The position numbers and the translations under genes are program-made. 40,698 nt of DNA from IMG/VR virus record IMGVR_UViG_3300027740_000025, positions 1 to 40,698 of that record. One strand, given 5' to 3'. Shown here piece by piece: positions 34,159 to 40,698 of the stretch (position 1 is its first letter; every line of letters begins with the position of its first letter). The stretch comes from a virus. Its lineage: Duplodnaviria > Caudoviricetes. The notes beneath the pieces are model-generated. The model did not search any database and was not told the DNA's origin. It worked only from the letters and a program-made list of their open reading frames with translations.

Positions 34159-35025
34159 TCAGACGGAACTGGAGCTCGACTCGACCGGCAGGTAGTACTG
34201 CACGCCGTCGTCGTAGCCAGCGACGTCGAGCACCTTGCCGCCGTACACGTGCAGACCCCTGACCCGGTCCGCGAACTTGGTGTGCGACCGCATCGCCTCG
34301 ACGGTGTCGATCTGCGACACGTACGCCAGCGCCGGACGCCACGCCGCGAAGAAGTGCGGCAGCTCCTGCTCCGCGGTCTGGTTCGACACCACGAGCGTGA
34401 ATCCGAGGATCCGGCCGAGGATCGCCTCGCGCAGACCGTCCGGGACACCCGAAGTGTCCACGGCCATCAGCTTCGCGTCGTTCTCGAGGAAGTAGGCTTC
34501 GAACTCGGCGTTCATGACGAGGTAGCGCTCGCTCATGGGCACGCTGGCCTTGTTCATGAACTTGCGCATGTCCTTGACCGCGTTCCACGCCGTCGCCGCG
34601 TTGGTGACCGCCGTGATGTTCGCGGTCTGGTCGATGCCGCCGGCGACGGCCTGCGCACCGATGAAGGTGTCGGCGTCCTCGCCGAGCGACCGACCCGCGG
34701 CCGTCGTCCAGGCTTCGAAGCTGCCGGCGGCCTGGACGCGGTCGATGTCATCGACGTGGAAGTCGAACGCCTTCTCCTGGTTGATCAGGATCGCGTCGCC
34801 GTCGTCGGTGATGTCCTGCGCGACGGTGGTGCGCGCGTTGCCGCCCGCGCCCGTCGCGTAGTTGTTCACCGTCGGCGGGATGACACCCGTGATGTTGACC
34901 TGGTTGCCCTTGGACGCGTCGCCCTCGTACTCGCTCGTGAAGAGCGTCGCCAACACCGCCGTGTCCTGCAGGGCCTCAGCGACCCTCGCAGACCAAATTT
35001 CTGGGATAAAATTTGTGATGGCCAT
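34159..35025 (-). CDS. Major capsid protein
   Basis: MAITNFIPEIWSA..YEGD..GNQVNI..FADRVRGLHVYGGKV; RBS AGGAG. Confidence 0.93.
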   Translation of the reverse strand: MAITNFIPEIWSARVAEALQDTAVLATLFTSEYEGDASKGNQVNITGVIPPTVNNYATGAGGNARTTVAQDITDDGDAILINQEKAFDFHVDDIDRVQAAGSFEAWTTAAGRSLGEDADTFIGAQAVAGGIDQTANITAVTNAATAWNAVKDMRKFMNKASVPMSERYLVMNAEFEAYFLENDAKLMAVDTSGVPDGLREAILGRILGFTLVVSNQTAEQELPHFFAAWRPALAYVSQIDTVEAMRSHTKFADRVRGLHVYGGKVLDVAGYDDGVQYYLPVESSSSSV

Positions 35026-35087
35026 GGTGGCCTTCTCCTGTTCTCGTGGGGCCGTCGACCCCACGAGGGGTCAAGGGGCCGTGCGTT

Positions 35088-35732
35088 CTACTGCTTGATG
35101 CCCATCAACTGGTTGAGGCGGCCGTCCTTGCGGGCGGCCTCGATCTGCGCCGGCTTCATGCCCGCCAGATCCGCCCGGGTGAGCTGGGACCTCTGCACGC
35201 CCTGCTCCCGAACACCGCCGTCACCGGACCCCTGGAACTGGGACTGCGACTGGGCAGGGACGAGCTTCGTGAGTGCCGCAGCGTCGGTGAACAGCTCGTC
35301 GCGAGTCGTCCCCTGCAGCCGCTCCGCCCACTCCGGGGGGAGATTGGCGTCGGCGACGGCTTCGATCCGCCACCGCGCCATCCGCTCCGTGTGCAGCTCC
35401 TCTTCGTGCCGGGAGAGACGGTCGGTGATCTGCTCGATCTCCGACTTGCCCTTGTCGGCGTCGCCGCCGCCGAGGGCCTCGGCGATCTTCTCGAGGGGGG
35501 ACAGCTTCTTCAGCCGGTCCTCGAGCTGCTTGCGTGCGTCTCGCTCCGCCTGCAGCGCCTTCAGTCCGTTCTCGCCGAGCGGCTCGTCCGGCTTGCCGTC
35601 GTCCTTCGCGGGCGGCGGGGTCGGCTTCGGCGGCTCGGTTACGGGGTCGGGCTTGTTCTGCAGGTGCGGCACCGCCGGGGGTGCTGTCGGCGGGTCGCCC
35701 GCCGGAGGGGCCGGGGTGATGGGTTCGGTCAT
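35088..35732 (-). CDS. Capsid scaffolding protein
   Basis: Pro-rich N-terminus, LGENGLKALQAER coiled coil, RLQGTTRDEL; precedes capsid. Confidence 0.88.
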   Translation of the reverse strand: MTEPITPAPPAGDPPTAPPAVPHLQNKPDPVTEPPKPTPPPAKDDGKPDEPLGENGLKALQAERDARKQLEDRLKKLSPLEKIAEALGGGDADKGKSEIEQITDRLSRHEEELHTERMARWRIEAVADANLPPEWAERLQGTTRDELFTDAAALTKLVPAQSQSQFQGSGDGGVREQGVQRSQLTRADLAGMKPAQIEAARKDGRLNQLMGIKQ

Positions 35733-35790
35733 GGGTGTGGGTCCTCCATCGCAGAGGGTGTTGCCCGGTCCGCGTCGCGCGGTCGGGAGA

Positions 35791-36873
35791 TCAGAGGATG
35801 AAACCGTTGCGCCGTAACAGGCGGATAGCGTCGGCACGGTCTTTCGCGAGGGCGTAGATGCTTTCCGGCATGAGTCGGGGAATCTGGACGCGTTGGCGGG
35901 TCACCGTTCGTTCGACATCGCCGGAACGTGATCTGCGGCGCACTGTTTCCGCGGACTCACCCGACAGTCGGGCACCTTCAGAGATCAGCCGTTGACCGGC
36001 CAACCCGCGGGTGGTTGTTCCCTCCAAGGTCGTGAACACGTCCTGCCCGAACACCTTGGTTGGGGCCATCCGCCCAACCCGGTTGCCGAACTCGTCACGG
36101 CTAGCTGTGGACATGCCCCGGCGGGCGTTGACGACCTGCCCGATGTCGGCGCCGTCGCGGATCGCCTGCGCCCCGACCTTGGTGAATATCCGGTCTTGGT
36201 CTTCTGCGGACAGCGACCGGAAGTAGGCTTTCGGGTCGTCGATGAGCCCTTCGCGGCGTGCCGCCGCCGCGTTGGTGGCGACGTGGATGCAGTCGTCCTG
36301 CGGGTGCCGGTCGAACCCTTCGTTCCAGGCGTAGAACCGTCCCGCCAGGACCACACAACGCGAGCAGGAAGGCGGGTTGAGCATCCGCGTGTACCCGACA
36401 CCAGGCCGGGAAGCGATATCCACCCCCGCCGCGACACGGCCCGCGTCGGCGATCTGGGTGCGGGCGATCCGCCGGGCGCTGTCCTCCCCGGCGGACAGGG
36501 CCGCTTCAGCTGGCCGCCCCTCCAGCAGTCGGTCGAGTGCGACGTCCGCGGGTGCGCGTAGCAGCGACTCGAGCGGGCGTCCGTCCGATGCCCATCCGGC
36601 TAACGCTTCGGGAGCGAACTGGCCTTCCGGGTCGGCCCGGATGCCCTGAGCTGTCAGCGTGTCCCCGCTGTACCCGGCGCCCGCGGTTGCCGCCTGCAGT
36701 TGCAGGTCGACGAACAGCGGGAAGATCTTCACGGCTTCGCGTGCCCAGGTGGCGATCAGGTTGTCCGCGTCGACCCGCTGCCACCCACGCAGGACCAGCG
36801 CGAGCGCCAGTGCCTCCAGGCGGCGCATCTCCCGGTAGTGGTCGTCGACCACCGACATGATCCCCGGCAGCAT
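35791..36873 (-). CDS. MuF-like minor head protein
   Basis: GYTRMLNPPSCSRCVVLAGRFY..FDRHPQDDC; RLMPESIY; follows portal. Confidence 0.85.
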   Translation of the reverse strand: MLPGIMSVVDDHYREMRRLEALALALVLRGWQRVDADNLIATWAREAVKIFPLFVDLQLQAATAGAGYSGDTLTAQGIRADPEGQFAPEALAGWASDGRPLESLLRAPADVALDRLLEGRPAEAALSAGEDSARRIARTQIADAGRVAAGVDIASRPGVGYTRMLNPPSCSRCVVLAGRFYAWNEGFDRHPQDDCIHVATNAAAARREGLIDDPKAYFRSLSAEDQDRIFTKVGAQAIRDGADIGQVVNARRGMSTASRDEFGNRVGRMAPTKVFGQDVFTTLEGTTTRGLAGQRLISEGARLSGESAETVRRRSRSGDVERTVTRQRVQIPRLMPESIYALAKDRADAIRLLRRNGFIL

Positions 36874-38504
36874 CAGCGCGGCCGGCGGCCGTTCGGCGGT
36901 GGCTCAATCGCGGGCGGCTCAACCGGTTGGCCGAGGACCGCGCCCGCCTTCTCCTCCGACTGCACTGTCACCGGTAGCAGACCGGTGTGCGGGATTGATG
37001 GCAGGCCAGCTTCGTCGAGCATCCCGTCTGGTTCGAACCCGGCGCGGACGCCGACACCGACCGCGGTCATCAGCTTCGCGAACATGTCCACCCGGTCAAC
37101 CCCCGAGAGGGCGTCGACCTGGGCGTCGCGCTGCTCGAACTCCCGCATCCGCATCACCCGGACCAGGTCGTTCGGAGTCAGACCGTAGCGTTCGGCGATC
37201 CACATGAACGGGAACCCGATCGCGTCGAGCTTCTGCAACGCATCGACCATCTGCGCCTCGGAACGGGTTTCGACGTCCTTCCACAGGATGTCCCCGCGCG
37301 CGACAGCGGCAGCCTTCTTGGTGTCGCCCTGCGCGAGCGCGACAAGCCGGAAGATCTCCTTGACGCCGCGCCCGAAGTGCTCCGTCTTCTCCCCGGTCCG
37401 CTTCACCAAACCGGTTTCCAGCGCCTTCATCGTGTCGCCGGACACGTTCGAGACGCCGCTACCCAACAGCAGGTAGTGGGCGGGGGTGCGAGTCTGAGCG
37501 GCGATGTGCCCCACCGCGCGTTCGATCACACTCGTGTACGCGTCAAGGTTCGCCGCCGACCACTCGTTGATCTTCGCGCCGGGGTCCTCCAACCACAGCA
37601 CCCGGTTTACCGCGAACTTCTCCAGATCGACGGGGCGTTCCCCGATTTTCTGACCGTCCGCGTCGAGGATCGGGACCTTCGGGCGATCCACGCCAGAGAT
37701 AACCCGCTGCGGAAAAGACGCGTAGTCGGCGGCGTTGAACAAGTACGCCCACAGCAAGTTGATGGCGTCCTGCATCGCGATCGTCCCCGCGACATCCGAC
37801 ATGGGCTCGCCGAGCAGCCTCGGCCTGTTGGGCATCTCCACCAGCGGGACGACACCGAACGGGTTCCGCATCGGCCACGGCTCGTTGTCAACCTCGCGCG
37901 GCAGCCACCCACCAACGAAGCTCGACGTGTACACCCCGTCGAGGAGACGCTTGCGGCGATCGGTCATGCGGCGACGCTGGAACTTCCACACCTCGTCCGG
38001 GAGGTAGAGGGTGGCGTATTCGTAGTCGTCGTCAGCCCAAATCTTCAGGCCGGCGCGTCGAGCTCGGGTTTCGGGGGCGTAGTCCACGATCGCCTGCGAC
38101 GGGTGCTCCCACGTGATCCGGGTCGGGTTGTCGCCCCACACCAACGCGTAGGTCCGCTTCGCGATGATCGCGTCCAGCCACGCCAAATCAGACAAGCTGT
38201 CGGCCTGGTTGTCGAGCCACACCGACCACAGGTCGTCGTCCCCGGCCCGACCGGAATCGAACGGGCGGACCCCGATTACCTCAAGCCGCTCCGTCGGCGC
38301 ATCCGCCACGGTCTGAGTCCAGTTGTCACTAAACTTGGCGTACCGCTTGCTGAAGTACGCCTGGAACTCGTCCGAAGCGAACTTCAGGGTGTGATCACCC
38401 CGGTAGTAGTCGTCGAACAGTTGGGCTTCCGGCAGCCGGCGCCGCAGATCCTCACCGAGAGTGTCGACCCACTTGATCGCTTCCTGGACGGTGGCCATCG
38501 GCAC
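36873..38504 (-). CDS. Portal protein (SPP1 gp6-like)
   Basis: YYRGDH, NWTQTVADA..ERL, NPFGVVPLV, SGDTMKALETGL. Confidence 0.93.
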   Translation of the reverse strand: MPMATVQEAIKWVDTLGEDLRRRLPEAQLFDDYYRGDHTLKFASDEFQAYFSKRYAKFSDNWTQTVADAPTERLEVIGVRPFDSGRAGDDDLWSVWLDNQADSLSDLAWLDAIIAKRTYALVWGDNPTRITWEHPSQAIVDYAPETRARRAGLKIWADDDYEYATLYLPDEVWKFQRRRMTDRRKRLLDGVYTSSFVGGWLPREVDNEPWPMRNPFGVVPLVEMPNRPRLLGEPMSDVAGTIAMQDAINLLWAYLFNAADYASFPQRVISGVDRPKVPILDADGQKIGERPVDLEKFAVNRVLWLEDPGAKINEWSAANLDAYTSVIERAVGHIAAQTRTPAHYLLLGSGVSNVSGDTMKALETGLVKRTGEKTEHFGRGVKEIFRLVALAQGDTKKAAAVARGDILWKDVETRSEAQMVDALQKLDAIGFPFMWIAERYGLTPNDLVRVMRMREFEQRDAQVDALSGVDRVDMFAKLMTAVGVGVRAGFEPDGMLDEAGLPSIPHTGLLPVTVQSEEKAGAVLGQPVEPPAIEPPPNGRRPR

Positions 38505-38507
38505 CCC

Positions 38508-40148
38508 CTAAGCGGTGTAGGCGTAGTAGCGCTTCTTCCACAACTTCGCCGCGGTCACGTCCCCGGCGGCTTCGTGCACGATGATCGAGGTGACACAGGA
38601 GTCGATCTTCTGGGTTGGGCTGGCCTTCGTGAGGACGTACCGGTTGTGCAGGCGGGCCGCTTTACGCGCGTTCCCCACGTGCGTCTCGGTGACCGAGCAG
38701 GCGTCGTGGGAGAACCCCGAGTCCTGCTTGTTCACGTCTGTGATGAGCCGTTCGGCTGCGGCGTGCATCTGTACCGGCCGGTAGGTCTCCCACCGCAGGA
38801 CCCGCTTCTCGCCGTACTTCGCGGCCCACGCGTCCAACTCGGTCTCCCAGTACGGGGGGTCCCCGTACATGCGGATCACGTCGAAGAACCCGAACAGTTC
38901 GTCGACCGCCGCCGCGACCTCGAGGCGAGGGACCTGCCCGTCGTGGTCGGCGGGGTTCCAGATCGTCGGCAGTTTGTCCGGCCCGTAGGTGGGAGTGAAC
39001 TGGTAGCCGTCCTGCGTCTCCGCCCGAATAGCTGTCCAGTCGTCCACGTCGGAGCCGTCCATGCCGAGCACGACCTGAGTGCCCCGAAGGACGATCCGCG
39101 GCGCGGCACGCTGCTTCCACTTGTCCCGCTCGAGCCACGTCCCCAACCCGGCGACGATCCTGTTCCCGAAGAACCGTTCCGCCTGCCCCGGGTCCTTCTC
39201 CATCAGCTCGAGCGCTTCGGCCTCGATCGCGTCCAAGTCGACGTGCCCACCGCGCTCACGAAGCGAGTCGCCGTACACGTGCCGCATGATCCGGCGCCGT
39301 TCACGCTTGTCCTTGAACGACAGCTGCGCCGGGGCCTGCGGGACGAACCGGAACACGTCCTTCGCGCGGGACTCGTAAGTGCGCTGCGCCACCGACTGCT
39401 CCGACGGATCCCACGTGTTCGTGGTCTCCTCAGCCCGGCCACCCATACCGGCCAGGCCACGGCGCTGGGTCTCGGCGACCCGCACCATCTTGTTCGACTC
39501 GACCCAGATACCGGTCTCGTCCTGCGGCACGAACGTGACCCGCTGCCCCAACCGGGACTGAGCGGATGAGGTGACGACGTCGATCCGGCCACCGTTCGGC
39601 AACCTGATGAACTCCGTACCGGTCCGAGGGATCACATCCGACAACGGACCTTTGTCGATCATCGGGCGGAGCGCGTCGTAGACGTTGTCCGTCTGCTCCT
39701 CGGAGAACGCCGTGATCTGAATCAGCGGCGTCGGCCACGGCATGCCCATCGGCTCACCAGGCTCGTACTCGTACACCCAGCCGCAGCCGCATCCGTGGTC
39801 ACGGCAGTCGTAGGACTCCCCGCCCTCAGCCCACCCAGCGAACAGAGCCGGGCCGACCGCCTCGATACAGGTGTGGCACGCCGTGTACGGGCCCTTGCCC
39901 GCCTTCTGCGGCAGCACCACCTGAGACCGGCGGTAGAAGAACGCCGGCGCCAACACCGGATCCGACGGAACCCACAGGGCATCCGGCTTGACCCGATAGA
40001 AGTTCGCCAGGCACCAGCCCTGCCAGCCGATCAACTCGAACGGCCGACCCGCCCTGAACCCGTCCGGGACGACGCAGTGCGCTTCGGCCCAGTCGAGGGC
40101 GACGAACAGGGTGGGGAAGTCGACCCGGAACTCGTCAGTGGCCGCCAT
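38508..40148 (-). CDS. terL: Terminase large subunit
   Basis: Walker A PQKAGKGP, Walker B FVPQDETG, nuclease LGMDGSDVDDWTA and KID. Confidence 0.95.
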   Translation of the reverse strand: MAATDEFRVDFPTLFVALDWAEAHCVVPDGFRAGRPFELIGWQGWCLANFYRVKPDALWVPSDPVLAPAFFYRRSQVVLPQKAGKGPYTACHTCIEAVGPALFAGWAEGGESYDCRDHGCGCGWVYEYEPGEPMGMPWPTPLIQITAFSEEQTDNVYDALRPMIDKGPLSDVIPRTGTEFIRLPNGGRIDVVTSSAQSRLGQRVTFVPQDETGIWVESNKMVRVAETQRRGLAGMGGRAEETTNTWDPSEQSVAQRTYESRAKDVFRFVPQAPAQLSFKDKRERRRIMRHVYGDSLRERGGHVDLDAIEAEALELMEKDPGQAERFFGNRIVAGLGTWLERDKWKQRAAPRIVLRGTQVVLGMDGSDVDDWTAIRAETQDGYQFTPTYGPDKLPTIWNPADHDGQVPRLEVAAAVDELFGFFDVIRMYGDPPYWETELDAWAAKYGEKRVLRWETYRPVQMHAAAERLITDVNKQDSGFSHDACSVTETHVGNARKAARLHNRYVLTKASPTQKIDSCVTSIIVHEAAGDVTAAKLWKKRYYAYTA

Positions 40149-40599
40149 CGGCGGTGACCTTGAACCGGTCCCGCGACGACGTCCTACCTGGCGTGGCCTG
40201 CTGCTGGCGGCGCTCCGCGACCTCGTCGGTGGCGATCTTCCAGCCGTTCTCCTTCAACCCGGCCGGGGTCATCCCGATCTGGTCGGCGAACCGCACCACC
40301 ACATTCCCGAGCGCGGCCGACGCCTCCGGGTGCTCCATCCGAACCGACCACCGCACCCACAACGCGACGGTCCGCCACCGCCACCGCTGCATCGACCACG
40401 CCGCCGCCTGCGGGGTGCGCCACGCCTGCTCCCACACCACCGACTCGCGGTCAGTCAGATCATCCAGCGGGAAGTGGGGGGCCTCACCGTCGTAGCCCTC
40501 AGCCGGGAGCGCGGTGAACACCACGCCCTTGGTCGCCGTCTTCAGCGAGTTCTCGTCCGGTTGCGGACCGGACCTGTTCCGGGCTCCACCACGAGCCAT
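40135..40599 (-). CDS. terS: Terminase small subunit
   Basis: MARGGARNRSGP..WRTPQAAAW..IGMTPAGL; overlaps terL start. Confidence 0.88.
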   Translation of the reverse strand: MARGGARNRSGPQPDENSLKTATKGVVFTALPAEGYDGEAPHFPLDDLTDRESVVWEQAWRTPQAAAWSMQRWRWRTVALWVRWSVRMEHPEASAALGNVVVRFADQIGMTPAGLKENGWKIATDEVAERRQQQATPGRTSSRDRFKVTADGGH

Positions 40600-40698
40600 C
40601 TCGATCAACTCCCTCAGCCGCATCGCGCGGCATCGGACTGACCGTCACATCGCGTGACAGCCGGTGACGTCTGAACCCGAGGGACCCACGAGACGCCA

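Larger units (their letters stand above)
1..40698. mobile_element. Temperate actinobacteriophage (siphovirus-type) genome, partial
   Basis: Continuous terminase-portal-capsid-tail-lysis-attP-integrase-repressor/Cro-early gene synteny; no host housekeeping genes; high GC. Confidence 0.96.

Noticed and set aside
37377-39569. 730-aa plus-strand ORF
   Set aside because: Antisense shadow of portal and terminase; long shadow frames are expected at this GC content, and it has no motifs

Overview
The whole window is a temperate, GC-rich actinobacterial siphophage genome, read mostly on the minus strand and incomplete at both ends. From right to left it contains: (1) the late operon, with terS, terL, portal, MuF-like protein, scaffold, major capsid, head-tail genes, major tail, a tail assembly chaperone with a -1 slippery site, tape measure with a C-terminal NlpC/P60-like domain, tail proteins, a lysis cassette (Amidase_3 endolysin, holin) and a three-gene fibre-like module; (2) a ~9.3 kb accessory region, mostly on the plus strand, with an RNA ligase-family gene, a bL12-CTD-like mosaic protein, a secreted SGNH hydrolase, an Xre(DUF5753)/DUF397 pair, DUF6221, a tRNA-like RNA and an operator-controlled HTH cassette; (3) an apparently intact attP, a tyrosine integrase and a repressor/Cro switch; (4) the early leftward operon with an antirepressor, a J-domain protein and many small ORFs. 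The most unusual signals are a tRNA-like RNA with an intact elbow but remodelled anticodon and acceptor arms, five GCGAY-pentaloop hairpins in late-gene leaders, poly-Ser C-termini on three virion proteins, and a 13-bp inverted repeat with a possible pseudoknot around the major tail gene. All family calls come from motif recognition by eye; no database searches were run.
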